From positions 160,001 to 224,000 of the IMG/VR virus record IMGVR_UViG_3300011868_000001: 64,000 nt of DNA; one strand, given 5' to 3'. Positions within the stretch are counted from its first letter, which is position 1; each line of letters starts with the position of its first letter. Shown here piece by piece: positions 39,414-50,075 of the stretch. The DNA comes from a virus (taxonomy: Duplodnaviria > Caudoviricetes). Made by a program: the position numbers and the translations under genes. The notes beneath the pieces were generated by a model that was not told the DNA's origin, ran no database searches, and saw only the letters and a list, made by a program, of their open reading frames with translations.

Positions 39414-41882
39414 TTAGATGATTGTGACGTGTTCGTTGTAGGCTCGTTTGAGCGTTACGTGCGAGTCGTCAATCACCGCGATTTGACTGTTAGGGTAACT
39501 GTTCTGACTTTCGAACGAGTGACTGATGAAGAACACCTGTGAGTAGGTTTCATCCTCCATCAGGTCTTTGAGTGCAAGCGTCAGGTTCAGGCGATGCACT
39601 TCATCGAAGGTCCGCCCCAGCTCATCAAGATACAGCGGATAGCCTTGCAGGTTAAGGAACTTGTACACCACCAGCCTGAATGCCTGATTGACGATGTCCA
39701 CCTGACTGTCCGACCCAAACTCGATGTCAGGGATCAGGTTGTCAGCGGTGTGGACATACATGGGGAATTTGTAGTTCAACTCCCCATCCTCAATGTTGCA
39801 GGTGTCAAGCGCCAGGTTATAACCCCAGACCTTGGAAATCACATCGTTGATGCTGGCGATGAAGGTGTTGATGAACACCATGATCTGCTCGGCGATGATT
39901 CCGTCTTTAGGCGACAGGATCTTCTCCAGCAGAATCAGGGCTTTCTCTTCAGCCTTGGCCTGCTCCAGTGATCGATTAAGGTCATTGACAATACCCATCT
40001 GCACTTCGGCTTCAGCCAGCGATTGTTCAAGCATCCCCAGTTGAACCTGATGCCGCTTAACCTGAGCACTGATTTCTTCGACGGCAATGTACTTCACCAT
40101 TTGGTCCATCAGTTGGTTCAGACGATCCAGACTCTGCTGAACGGTCTCACCGATCTCACGTGCTTCGACCATCCGGTCGTAGAATTGCTCCACTTCCTTT
40201 AAGGTCTCTCGTGTGTCAAGCAGGTGCATCTTCAGGTCTACGACACGTTCGCTGAGCGAATGAGCCACATCTCGCAGGCTGCTGGATTGATCCAGCTGCT
40301 TGATGGCATTGAGTCGCTCAACTAGAGGGGCGACCTGATGATCAAGCTCATTCAAGGTCAGTTTGGTTTTGACATCGCTGATAAAGTCCACGCACAGCGG
40401 TACCAGCTCTCGACCACGCCCAAATCCACCTGCGTTGTGTAGCAGCTTCCACAATTCGACCAGATCAGGGTTATGGTCCCGCAGTCGTTGCAAGGTATGG
40501 ATTACATCCCCAGCTTGATGGGCTTCTTGCAGCCAGTCACGCACTGCACGAATCCGCTGCTCCATGGACTGCCGGAACCGCGTACCCTTTTCCAAAAGCT
40601 CTTTGATCGAACCTTCTTCATCACCCGAGATGCCTTCTTTGAACTGGTGATGACAAGCAGGACACTCGATGGTCGAGCTGTTGTGGATGTGTTCCAAACG
40701 GTATTCCAGCTCACCGATCTTGGAACTGCCAGCCATCATCTTTTCTTGCAGCTCGCTCAGTTCGCGTTGCTTGCTCTGCACCATGGCCCGATCCAGATAG
40801 GCCGTATCGATGCTGTTCACACCATGCAGAGTCTCAATGGTCTCTTGGATCACGGCAAAGCAGTACTGGTGATTGGGTAGCCGTGAAGGATCGCAATCGG
40901 TCTTGAATTGCTGGTTCAAACGCGCTTGCTCGGCCTTGATTTCTTCAAGACGTGCATGAAGTTCTGCCGGATCGATTTCTTCCAGCTCAGAAATGTCATG
41001 CAGTTGCTTGTCGATCTCCTGATGACGCTCTGAGACCTCGTGTAAGGCCGCCTCAAGCATTTGGGCGCGAGACCTGAGGTTATCCTTGAGTTGGATAACG
41101 GCGTCATCCTGCGTGTTCTTGACCGCCTTAGGGATCGATACCCGCAGGTACTTGGCACGGGCTAGCAACCCATCGACATCGCTGAGCAGTTCGTGGTACT
41201 GGCGGTTGTAGTAGTCGAAATTATCAGCAATGCCATCCCGTTTGGAATGCTGGTGCAGACGGATGAGCTTTTCGGTGATTTCCTGAGACTGCCGGCGCAG
41301 GGTATTGAACGTAGCCTCATCGATCTTCTTGGCTGACTCTTGGACCAGTCGACCTGACTGATGCTTGATGATTGCCCCCGTATCACGCACGGCGCGTTTG
41401 ACCCTGGCATGGAGCTTGATCACATAGTCAAAGTCAGCCGAGCTAAGCAGGGTGATCCAGTGCCGACGCTCCAGCGTACTCATCTTGGTAAACTGAACTT
41501 GACCAGTCAAAACCTGATGCAGTTCTTGGGTCATGCCAAAGTGCTCGCGCACCAATTCCTTCTGCACCGCCCCGGTGTGACCTTCGTTGAGTTCTTCGCC
41601 ATCGCAGATAAAGCTGTGGGTAGGCGACTTACCGGTGATGTCGGTGCGCAGTTCGTAAGTCTTGCCGTTGTTCAGGCAATGGACCAGCTTATACCCGCCA
41701 TTTTCATAATCGCTCTTTTCAGCAGGCAGGACGTTAAAGCCGATCTTCAACAAACTGGATTTACCCGAGCCATTGGTACCCAAGACAATCTGGGTCTTGA
41801 GCGTCGGGTTGATTTCAAAAGTCTCAATACCCTTGACATAGAACCGTTTGCACTTATGCAAAACGAGCTTGGTGATAAACAT
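39414..41882 (-). CDS. sbcC: SbcC/Rad50-like SMC ATPase
   Basis: Walker A GTNGSGKS, long coiled coils, CPAC zinc hook, Walker B LYLDE, FISH. Confidence 0.9.
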   Translation of the reverse strand: MFITKLVLHKCKRFYVKGIETFEINPTLKTQIVLGTNGSGKSSLLKIGFNVLPAEKSDYENGGYKLVHCLNNGKTYELRTDITGKSPTHSFICDGEELNEGHTGAVQKELVREHFGMTQELHQVLTGQVQFTKMSTLERRHWITLLSSADFDYVIKLHARVKRAVRDTGAIIKHQSGRLVQESAKKIDEATFNTLRRQSQEITEKLIRLHQHSKRDGIADNFDYYNRQYHELLSDVDGLLARAKYLRVSIPKAVKNTQDDAVIQLKDNLRSRAQMLEAALHEVSERHQEIDKQLHDISELEEIDPAELHARLEEIKAEQARLNQQFKTDCDPSRLPNHQYCFAVIQETIETLHGVNSIDTAYLDRAMVQSKQRELSELQEKMMAGSSKIGELEYRLEHIHNSSTIECPACHHQFKEGISGDEEGSIKELLEKGTRFRQSMEQRIRAVRDWLQEAHQAGDVIHTLQRLRDHNPDLVELWKLLHNAGGFGRGRELVPLCVDFISDVKTKLTLNELDHQVAPLVERLNAIKQLDQSSSLRDVAHSLSERVVDLKMHLLDTRETLKEVEQFYDRMVEAREIGETVQQSLDRLNQLMDQMVKYIAVEEISAQVKRHQVQLGMLEQSLAEAEVQMGIVNDLNRSLEQAKAEEKALILLEKILSPKDGIIAEQIMVFINTFIASINDVISKVWGYNLALDTCNIEDGELNYKFPMYVHTADNLIPDIEFGSDSQVDIVNQAFRLVVYKFLNLQGYPLYLDELGRTFDEVHRLNLTLALKDLMEDETYSQVFFISHSFESQNSYPNSQIAVIDDSHVTLKRAYNEHVTII

Positions 41883-41947
41883 TGGGTATTCCCCTCCCCT
41901 AATTCTGTAGGATAGGTCTTGTAAGTTTCATTTTAATAGAGGTGGTT

Positions 41948-42745
41948 ATGTTTGATAATGACATCAGCCTGTTCCGTCGGGTGATGATCGGTGTAGCTGC
42001 CGAAAACAAGAAGCTCGGCTCCGACGAACTGTTGATCACGTCCCATGAGAAGCTGGGATTTATCGATGGTGAGATCGTCGATAAAGTCGACCCCTTGGAA
42101 TACAACAGCACCGACATTGACGGCAAAGCGGTAGCCGGGACAGCGTTCGTCTCCAACAACATCACTGCCAAATGGCTACCCAGCACCAACCGCCGCACAC
42201 CTCCTGATGTTCAGCGCGGTGAACTGGTTGAAGTCTACCAGTACGCCAGCAACGACGAGTACTTCTGGCGAAGTATGGGCAAAAGCGATAAACTGCGTCG
42301 ATTGGAGACAGTGGTCATTGGTATTGCAGCCAACCCCAACATGGATCAAGACGGCCTCGATCTTGACAACATGTACTTCCTTGAGGTCAGCAGTCATCAG
42401 AAGACGATCACCCTGTCTACCAGCCAGAAGAATGGTGAGTTTTGTACCTACGACTTTCAGTTTGACATGGCTAAGGGTAAGGTCGTGCTCCAGGACAATC
42501 TAGGCAACTACGGTTTCTTGGATTCACGCAACACCCACATCAAGCTGCAAAACCAGCTGGGTACGTTCTTCGAGCTCAATAAGCAAGATATCAAAGGTTA
42601 TGCGCCACGAGATATCAGCTTGACGGCCGTCAACAACGTGGATGTCAAAGCCAAGAAGATTACTCTGAATGGCGGGGGTAGTGTATTCACGCTACAGGCC
42701 AGTGGCACAACATTGAAGACACCGAACTTCAAGGGGATGAGCTAA
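41948..42745 (+). CDS. baseplate central spike protein (gpV/gp5-like)
   Basis: OB-like N-terminus (PPDVQRGELVEVY), beta-strand repeat C-terminus, coupled to the PAAR-like gene. Confidence 0.7.
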   Translation: MFDNDISLFRRVMIGVAAENKKLGSDELLITSHEKLGFIDGEIVDKVDPLEYNSTDIDGKAVAGTAFVSNNITAKWLPSTNRRTPPDVQRGELVEVYQYASNDEYFWRSMGKSDKLRRLETVVIGIAANPNMDQDGLDLDNMYFLEVSSHQKTITLSTSQKNGEFCTYDFQFDMAKGKVVLQDNLGNYGFLDSRNTHIKLQNQLGTFFELNKQDIKGYAPRDISLTAVNNVDVKAKKITLNGGGSVFTLQASGTTLKTPNFKGMS

Positions 42746-43008
42746 TGGGGACCGTATCGCTAGTAGGAGCCGATAGTGCGGGAGCGGTCATTACAGGACC
42801 TGGGGCGCCTAATTGGACGTGGAATGGTAAACCTATTTCATTGTTAGGTGATAAGGTGGCAGGTCATGGCAAATCTCCACACAGTGCCCCGGTAATTGCA
42901 ACAGCCAGCCCATGGATGACCATCAACGACATCCCTGTAACACGAGTGGGCAGTGTCGCCAGTTGTGGTCACGGGGCGACCGGTTCCAGTGACATGGACA
43001 TTCCATAA
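42745..43008 (+). CDS. PAAR-like spike tip protein
   Basis: 87 aa; NGKPISLLGD..GHG..PH...INDIPVTRVGSVASCGH with His/Cys metal ligands. Confidence 0.85.
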   Translation: MGTVSLVGADSAGAVITGPGAPNWTWNGKPISLLGDKVAGHGKSPHSAPVIATASPWMTINDIPVTRVGSVASCGHGATGSSDMDIP

Positions 43009-43010
43009 CG

Positions 43011-43045
43011 CATAAGGAGGAGGGGCAACCGCCCCTCCTCCTATG
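43011..43045. terminator. bidirectional CATA/TATG hairpin terminator
   Basis: CATAAGGAGGAGGGGC-AACC-GCCCCTCCTCC-TATG between convergent genes. Confidence 0.75.
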
Positions 43046-43049
43046 TCGA

Positions 43050-44306
43050 CTAGCTGATTTTCACAGCACTGTGCGACCACTTGATGAACTCGCCGCGACT
43101 GAAGGTTTCAGGCTGATGGGAAACGCGCTTCTCATCGACCTTAGGTTGCCAGCGGAAGTTATAGGTGTTCATGAAGCGGTGTTGTTGAAGGTTGTTATCT
43201 ACCCGCACCACCCAGATGCCTTTCTCTTCTTCTGAGAGGTAGGATGGTAGCAAGCCTAACTGAGTACGCAACGGCCACAATGGGCGCTGATCAAAGTAGA
43301 ACCGTCCAGGCAGGTGTGTGCGAGTGGTCTGAACAATGTCAGTCACCAGATGGTCGACTTCGATCCCTACGATAAACGACTGCGACAATGTCAGCAATTC
43401 AAGCAAGCATTCGTTGCTGTAGAAGTTCTGCAGATCGTAATCGCGTTCGTTACTTGGCGCAACTTCATGAAAGCGCTCAAGGGCAGTCTGATCGATCAGA
43501 TAACGTGAGGTCATATACCGTTCGAGGAACGGGATGCGTTTCATCTCGACCTTCATCGCATTAGGGCCAATGACTTTGAGGTCATGGGTTGCCAGATGCA
43601 AGTACCCGCCAATGACGATACCCATTACTTTATTCGTGGTATCGAACGGCACTTTCAGGTAGAAGGTGTCGGCCAAAAGCTTGGTCGGATCAGGGCTGTA
43701 AATCATGTCACGGGTGATGCTTGCAGTCCGCACCCGTCCAAGGTTCTTAAAGCTGATCAATCCAACCATGGCATTTTCCGTCTTACGGAACGTAATGCCA
43801 CCGTCTTTGATGTACGCCCCGTCCTTATCGGCATCGAGTCGATGAACCAGTCCATTGACGGTCGCCAAGCAATGACGTTGTACATCAACGTAATCGGTGT
43901 TATCGCGCTTGAGCCACAGGTCTGTTTTGTCGTAATCCGTGGCGTCGTTGAAGGGTGAGCCTTTAGGTACGCACAGGTCCACTTTAAAGCCTGCCTGCCA
44001 TGCATCACGCGCCAGCGCAGTATTGACCGTGACCTTGGGCTCGCCCACTTGGGTTGGCAATGTGGTGTTGGCATTGTCGATCAGCCACTGGCTAACCGTA
44101 GTGCCTTCAAGCACCGCTGTCAGCAGGTTGACCGCATCACTCAGACGCAAGGTGACTTTACCGGTAAGCGCCGAATGGGTCAGTACGAGATAGACTTCTG
44201 CATAGTCGCGAAGGAGAGCCTTAACACTCAGCTGACGCACGTCCTTTTCCTCATAACGGACATTCGGCATCCGGTGTTTCACCAGTGCACGTTCATATTG
44301 GTACAT
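43050..44306 (-). CDS. virion structural (probably baseplate) protein
   Basis: 418-aa ORF among tail genes, GGAG RBS. Confidence 0.65.
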   Translation of the reverse strand: MYQYERALVKHRMPNVRYEEKDVRQLSVKALLRDYAEVYLVLTHSALTGKVTLRLSDAVNLLTAVLEGTTVSQWLIDNANTTLPTQVGEPKVTVNTALARDAWQAGFKVDLCVPKGSPFNDATDYDKTDLWLKRDNTDYVDVQRHCLATVNGLVHRLDADKDGAYIKDGGITFRKTENAMVGLISFKNLGRVRTASITRDMIYSPDPTKLLADTFYLKVPFDTTNKVMGIVIGGYLHLATHDLKVIGPNAMKVEMKRIPFLERYMTSRYLIDQTALERFHEVAPSNERDYDLQNFYSNECLLELLTLSQSFIVGIEVDHLVTDIVQTTRTHLPGRFYFDQRPLWPLRTQLGLLPSYLSEEEKGIWVVRVDNNLQQHRFMNTYNFRWQPKVDEKRVSHQPETFSRGEFIKWSHSAVKIS

Positions 44307-44445
44307 TTATCGACTCTCCCACGATAATGGTATGCCAGTTGTTTGATATTCAATATTAAGCACAGTTTATTTCGAAAAACGATTCAAGATTCCAGGCCCG
44401 TTTATCGGCGCCAGAACCGATGGAGATCCCCAACGGAGACCTGCA

Positions 44446-46845
44446 ATGAGTACTGTACTTCCACAATACCCTTTCGATCCGACGGGGCTCGCGACGTCGA
44501 ACAAGGTGACCGAGACTCAGGCGATTGAATCGCGTGGGATGTTCGATCATTATTACATCATTCCCCGCAGCGGTCCGTTTTATGCGGAGACGGTAAGGCT
44601 ACGGCTATACCCTGCCGGTGCAAATATCAATAACCCGGCGGGCGGCGAACCGCTCGAAGAAGGACTGCATTTTAACTTCGGGTATCATTTCGCCCATGCA
44701 TCACATACCATTGGAAAGCCGGTATACGGGGCGATTTCTTTCTATGACCGTCAGTTGACCGGTCAGCTGCGCATGGAGTACCAGACACTCGGTGGTGACT
44801 GGGTCCTCGACGACCAGAAAATGACCGAGCTGTTGGGTAACGTGGCGTACAACCCGCGTACCGCAACCTGGGAACAAGTGGTCGAGTTGCCGCATCAATT
44901 CCCGGTGGTTAACCACGACTTTAACATCGACGATTTCGTCGGTATGAGTGAAGTGGTTGATCAGCTGGAAGACATCACCGATGCGATCAATCAGAAGACT
45001 GCAGGTGGTATGGCCGATCACGTCAATGCCAAGAACAACCCGCACGAAGTCAGCAAGGATCAAGTCGGTCTGGGGTTGGTGGATAACTTCCCCACAGCAG
45101 CGCCTGCTGAGGCCACTGGCGGCACGGCCAACAACCGCTTCATGACGCCCCTGCGTACTAAGCAACTGATCGACGCTACCGCAACAGTCGCCCTGAACAA
45201 TCACATGGGCGATACGACCAACCCCCACGGTGTCACTAAGACTCAAGTAGGGCTGGGTAACGTTCAGAACTATGCGGGGGCGACCCAGGCTGAAGCGGAA
45301 GCAGGGGCCAGTAACGCCCGTTACATGACTCCGCTGCGTACCCGCGAAGCCATTGAGGCCATTGTCGGGGTAGCATTCAACGCCCACGTCAACAACAAGA
45401 ACAACCCGCATGGCGTGACCAAGGCGCAGGTCGGTCTGGGCAATGTGCCGAACATCGGTGTCGCCACGGATGCCATGGCATTGCAAGGCCAGTCGGATGC
45501 CGGGATCATCACCCCGCGTTTGTTGTCCATGGTGCTGAGCGAAACGGTTGGCAGTGGGGTCACTGAGCACATTGCTGACTCCAATAACCCACACGGTGTA
45601 ACAAAAGCACAAGTGGGCCTGAGCAACGTTCAGAACTATGCAGTGGCTACCGAGGCCGTGGCACGCGATGCCACCTCTAATGCGCATTACATGACGCCGT
45701 TGGCTGTCCGTTATGCTGTCGCTGCACTGGTCGGGGAAGGCGGCGTTGGTGATCACATTACCAACCTCAACAACCCGCACCGAGTGACTGCTGCTCAGGT
45801 GGGTACGTACTCTGCTGAAGAACTCGATGCACTGCTCAACGACAAACTCGACGACACTGCAGCGGCTGCCGATGCCTTGGCTGTATTTGGCATGTCGCAA
45901 GGCGAACTGGAAGGGTGGATCGGAGGTCTGCGGGCAGGCAACAGCGTACTGTTCGATAACAAGACCTACGCTCAAGTCAAAGAAGATATCCTGGCGGGTA
46001 AGGCTGCTGATGCTGCTAAACTCGATGGACGTACCTACGCACAGATTGTTGCAGCCATTGGTGAAGCCGTTGATGGCGGCAATACGCAGCATAACGTGCC
46101 ACCGGTAGGTCCGGTTGAAGACGCCAACGGTGACTTCGGCGATGCCCCTCAGCATTGGTTGAAGATCGGCAAGTTCCAACAGCCGCTGGATTATCAATAC
46201 GGTGACATGACCCTATTGATCACTGGCGGGCGCGATGAAGACTCCGAGACTGAACGGCACCACACCATCTTGCTGGAACTGTCGACCACCAACGACTACC
46301 CGGTCGATGGCCTGAGCTTCACGCCGCTGCTGGTGCGCGCCCCTCGGGTTAAGCACCTGACTCCAGCAGAAGAGCCGATCCGGATCGGTTATGTGGTCAA
46401 CCACGGTGATGCGATCCCACGTCCGTGGATCGATATCTACATCCAGACCATCGGTCAACGTGCAGGTTGGACGGTAACGGAGCTGTCGAACAAGTTCTTC
46501 GTTCCTGAAGTGTTCGATCCGATCAATGAGGTCTCTGACCTGCTCTTGGTCGAACCTGCAGGCATCGTCTATCCGCCGGTCATCTCCGATGGCTCTGCTG
46601 AGATCATTGCGCTGCAGGCATTCTCCGAGCGCAAGGACAACCCGCATCAGGTGACGAAAGCGCAGGTCGGCTTGGGCTCAGTCCCGAACTACCCAGCTGC
46701 AACTTCCGCCGAGGCACTGGCCGGGACAGCCACCAACCGTCTCATGAGTCCGGCCACCACCCAGGCCAGCGTCGACCAGGCCATCAACAGTCTGTGCGAT
46801 CACCTGTCTGAAGTGGTCGACAATGCTCTACCGCTGTTTGCTTAA
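44446..46845 (+). CDS. tail fibre protein with NPH repeats (phiKZ gp146-like)
   Basis: YPFDPTG N-terminus; six NPHxVTKxQVG(LG) repeats. Confidence 0.8.
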   Translation: MSTVLPQYPFDPTGLATSNKVTETQAIESRGMFDHYYIIPRSGPFYAETVRLRLYPAGANINNPAGGEPLEEGLHFNFGYHFAHASHTIGKPVYGAISFYDRQLTGQLRMEYQTLGGDWVLDDQKMTELLGNVAYNPRTATWEQVVELPHQFPVVNHDFNIDDFVGMSEVVDQLEDITDAINQKTAGGMADHVNAKNNPHEVSKDQVGLGLVDNFPTAAPAEATGGTANNRFMTPLRTKQLIDATATVALNNHMGDTTNPHGVTKTQVGLGNVQNYAGATQAEAEAGASNARYMTPLRTREAIEAIVGVAFNAHVNNKNNPHGVTKAQVGLGNVPNIGVATDAMALQGQSDAGIITPRLLSMVLSETVGSGVTEHIADSNNPHGVTKAQVGLSNVQNYAVATEAVARDATSNAHYMTPLAVRYAVAALVGEGGVGDHITNLNNPHRVTAAQVGTYSAEELDALLNDKLDDTAAAADALAVFGMSQGELEGWIGGLRAGNSVLFDNKTYAQVKEDILAGKAADAAKLDGRTYAQIVAAIGEAVDGGNTQHNVPPVGPVEDANGDFGDAPQHWLKIGKFQQPLDYQYGDMTLLITGGRDEDSETERHHTILLELSTTNDYPVDGLSFTPLLVRAPRVKHLTPAEEPIRIGYVVNHGDAIPRPWIDIYIQTIGQRAGWTVTELSNKFFVPEVFDPINEVSDLLLVEPAGIVYPPVISDGSAEIIALQAFSERKDNPHQVTKAQVGLGSVPNYPAATSAEALAGTATNRLMSPATTQASVDQAINSLCDHLSEVVDNALPLFA

Positions 46846-46915
46846 GCACTCTGCCCACTGCACTTCGGTGCAGTGGGTTCGTGTTTGAATTACCTTTTAA
46901 CGATGGAGTTGATCC

Positions 46916-48490
46916 ATGAGTGTACCACCAATTATCCAGTACCCGCTCGATCTGTCGGGTACGTCGCCAACGAACCGAATCGTTGGTGAGCGTCGAGAAA
47001 TCTCGACCAATGCAGAACGTGTGTTTGTCCCAAAGGCAGGTCCTTTCTACACCGAGTCGTTTGTAATCTACAACGATGAGACTGGCGAGCCGCTTCGGCC
47101 GGTAGACGACTACCTTTTGGTACAGCCGTTCGCCCAAGCATCGCTGCGCAGCGGTAAGGATGTTCAATCTGCCGTTGTTCTGAAGATGCAAGCCCCTGTT
47201 ATCGTCCGCATGGACTACCGCGTTGTGGGTGGTGAGTACTCGTGGAACCTGGGAGCGCTGGCTGACCTTATCGCGGAACTCAATCTCGATGAGCGCGCCG
47301 TTAAATGGGGATCGATCATTGGTCGTCCCACCATGTACCCGGCCGCACCACACATCCATGACATCGGCGATACCTATGGGTGGGAATACGTGGTCTGGCA
47401 ACTGGAGCGTGTCACTAACGCCATTCTGGTTGGTGACGAGGCGTCCCACGAAGAACTGCGTCAACAGATGCTGTATCTGCGTGACCAGCTGCAGGCCAAT
47501 ATCGATGCAGTCGATGGCAAGGTTGACGAACATCTCAATGACTTCGAAAATCCACATCGCACAACGAAGGCGCAGGTCGGGCTCGGTTCGGTAGACAACT
47601 TCCCGACAGCCACTTCGGTCGAAGCCAACACCGGTACAGCCAACAACCGCTTCATGACGCCGGCGACGACCACCACCTTGTCGACGCGCATCGCTCGTGA
47701 AGAGGTCAATGCCCACGAGGCGAAGAAGAACAACCCCCACGATGTCACCAAAGCTCAGGTAGGGTTGGGTAATGTCGACAACTTCCTGACGGCTACTCAG
47801 GCACAGGGTGAATCGACCACGGTCAATGACAAGTTCATGACCCCGCTGCGCACCTACCAGGCCATCATGGTCCATGCCGGTACCTTGCTGAACGTGCACG
47901 TGAACAACAAGAACAACCCGCATGAGGTGACGAAAGCACAGGTCGGTCTGGGGCTGGTAGACAACTTCCAAACCGCGACCCGTACCGAGGCCATTGAAGG
48001 TACATCCAATGCACGCTTCATGACGCCGCTCAGGACCAAAGAAGCGATCGACGCCATTGCCGGTAACCTGATTCAATCACACGTCTCGAACCTCAACAAT
48101 CCGCACAAAGTCACCAAGGATCAAGTCGGTCTGGGTAATCTGCCGAATGCCATCACGCGCAGCCGGACATTGAACTCTGACGCCCACCTGCTGACCGCCG
48201 GCGGTATGTTCGATCACGTGGCCTCGGGCGATCATGACAACCGTTACGTGCGCTTGAACACCACCCAGAACACCAGTCTGCGGGTAGTGAACAATAAGCT
48301 TCAGTGCTATGTCAGTGGACAGTGGCGACAGATCTGGCCGGCGACCTGGACTAACTTTGCCGCAGAAAGGGCAAACGATCCGGTACTGGGTAACGACCAG
48401 CAAATCCAACTGCTGGTGGCCGGTGGTCGCCTATATGCAACGGTAGCTGGCGCGTGGCAGCAGGTCTGGCCTGCACTTTGGACAGACTAA
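46916..48490 (+). CDS. tail fibre protein with NPH repeats (phiKZ gp145-like)
   Basis: YPLDLSG N-terminus paralogous to the previous gene; four NPH repeats; duplicated W-rich C-terminal module. Confidence 0.8.
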   Translation: MSVPPIIQYPLDLSGTSPTNRIVGERREISTNAERVFVPKAGPFYTESFVIYNDETGEPLRPVDDYLLVQPFAQASLRSGKDVQSAVVLKMQAPVIVRMDYRVVGGEYSWNLGALADLIAELNLDERAVKWGSIIGRPTMYPAAPHIHDIGDTYGWEYVVWQLERVTNAILVGDEASHEELRQQMLYLRDQLQANIDAVDGKVDEHLNDFENPHRTTKAQVGLGSVDNFPTATSVEANTGTANNRFMTPATTTTLSTRIAREEVNAHEAKKNNPHDVTKAQVGLGNVDNFLTATQAQGESTTVNDKFMTPLRTYQAIMVHAGTLLNVHVNNKNNPHEVTKAQVGLGLVDNFQTATRTEAIEGTSNARFMTPLRTKEAIDAIAGNLIQSHVSNLNNPHKVTKDQVGLGNLPNAITRSRTLNSDAHLLTAGGMFDHVASGDHDNRYVRLNTTQNTSLRVVNNKLQCYVSGQWRQIWPATWTNFAAERANDPVLGNDQQIQLLVAGGRLYATVAGAWQQVWPALWTD

Positions 48491-48530
48491 ACCCGACATT
48501 GTATAACTAACAGTTGGAGGGGGTTTACAG

Positions 48531-49037
48531 ATGCTTAAGAAAATCGATTTCCAGTTCCAAGGAATCACCGAAGAACTGCTGATGGTGGACCAGTTTCTGT
48601 CAAGCCCCCATCCCTATGAACAGGGGTTAGTCAAGTATGTGTTCAACGATGCATCGTACGGGATCAACAGTCCTATGGAGTATCTTGAGCACAGTGACAA
48701 GCCAATCAAGGTCGAAGGCTATGAACGGTTGAATGCTGTTCTGTTTGGCGAGTGTCAACGCCTGGCGGCCTACTTCGGACACGCTGGGTATGTATCCTGT
48801 CACCTGTTCATCTCCCCTAAGGGATCAACGAGCTTCTCCATGCACACCGATCCGGATGATGTGGTCGTCTATGTTGTCAAAGGTGGCAAAGAGTTCGAAT
48901 CCATTGACCAGCTGGAATCTGTTAAAGCTGGTGATGTGTTATACATCCCGCGCAATCACCCACACCGTGCCATCAATACCGACAGTTCGCTTATGCTGAG
49001 CTTTGGGTTGGAGCTGTTTCTGGAGCAGAAGCTTTGA
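48531..49037 (+). CDS. JmjC/cupin-type 2OG-Fe(II) oxygenase (YcfD/ROX-like)
   Basis: HTDPDDV...KGGK...GDVLYIPRNHPHRA: HxD...H facial triad. Confidence 0.8.
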   Translation: MLKKIDFQFQGITEELLMVDQFLSSPHPYEQGLVKYVFNDASYGINSPMEYLEHSDKPIKVEGYERLNAVLFGECQRLAAYFGHAGYVSCHLFISPKGSTSFSMHTDPDDVVVYVVKGGKEFESIDQLESVKAGDVLYIPRNHPHRAINTDSSLMLSFGLELFLEQKL

Positions 49038-50074
49038 GCCTCAATAAAACCATTTACGTCAAAACCACAGGCACTTGTAACCTTGACTGTCAACACTGCT
49101 TTACCAACGGTAAGAACGGGGACAAGACCCAGTTTGACCCTGAGGTCACAGCAGAGTGGGTTAAGGCGTTTATGGCCAAGTACCCAACCGATACTCACTA
49201 CCACATGGAATTCCATGGCGGTGAGCCGTTCCTGGTGCCGTTGGAGAAGCTCAAGCGCTATGCCGATCAGTTTGTCGAGCACCCTCATGTGTCGATGTGT
49301 GCCAACAGCAACCTGACGTTCAAGTTGACAGATGCGCACATTGCGTTCATTCAGAAGTATTTCAACGGATACATTGGAACCAGTTGGGACCACTGGATTC
49401 GTTGGAGTAACGACAAGCAATTTCAGTTATGGAAACGTAATTTGGAATTGTTGAAAGATAATGGTGTGACCATTGCACTTAAGGCGTCGGTAAGTCGCCA
49501 ACTGCTGACGATGACACCTGACTGGTTCTTGGACCAGATGGAAGCCCTGGCAGTCGATGAGGTCTCACTGGAACGTCTGACCATGGACGGCAGTGCGCAA
49601 TGTAACGTCGGTATCTTCCCGGACAATGAAGAGCAAGACAACTGGTATCTAGCGCTGTATCAGCGCTATAAGGCTCGTCAAGGCCGCGTGCGCATCAAGA
49701 CACTCGACATCATTGAAGACAAGCTTAAAACCAATCGGGTCAAGGTCGATACCAACTGCCGCAACTGCGAGCAGAATCTGGTGACCATCAACTCGGACGG
49801 TTCGCTGTCCGGTTGTCCAAATGCAGCAGCAGCACTGCATCATGCGAAGTTGGAAGATGGGGTCGATGCATTCCTCAGCTCCGATGGACTGATTCAAGAG
49901 ATCACCTCAGAACTGACATGGGGTGACACCTGCCTTTCCTGCGATGTCTTTGACCTGTGTGGTGGCGATTGTCACCGCCTGCCGTGGCAGAATGGACGAT
50001 GCGGTGGGTTGAAAAATACCCTGCGTCATCTGTCAGGCCGGAATACACAATCCAATTTGATTTTGAAGGTGTGA
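49034..50074 (+). CDS. radical SAM/SPASM-like protein 1
   Basis: CNLDCQHC, HGGEP, C-terminal CRNC..GCP..CLSCDVFDLCGGDC..C. Confidence 0.9.
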   Translation: MSLNKTIYVKTTGTCNLDCQHCFTNGKNGDKTQFDPEVTAEWVKAFMAKYPTDTHYHMEFHGGEPFLVPLEKLKRYADQFVEHPHVSMCANSNLTFKLTDAHIAFIQKYFNGYIGTSWDHWIRWSNDKQFQLWKRNLELLKDNGVTIALKASVSRQLLTMTPDWFLDQMEALAVDEVSLERLTMDGSAQCNVGIFPDNEEQDNWYLALYQRYKARQGRVRIKTLDIIEDKLKTNRVKVDTNCRNCEQNLVTINSDGSLSGCPNAAAALHHAKLEDGVDAFLSSDGLIQEITSELTWGDTCLSCDVFDLCGGDCHRLPWQNGRCGGLKNTLRHLSGRNTQSNLILKV

Positions 50075-50075
50075 A

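Noticed and set aside
44980-48140. DNA repeats as a CRISPR array or DGR template/variable repeat
   Set aside because: The repeats are in-frame protein repeats differing mostly at synonymous positions; no constant repeat-spacer structure, no adenine-specific pattern and no reverse transcriptase in the window
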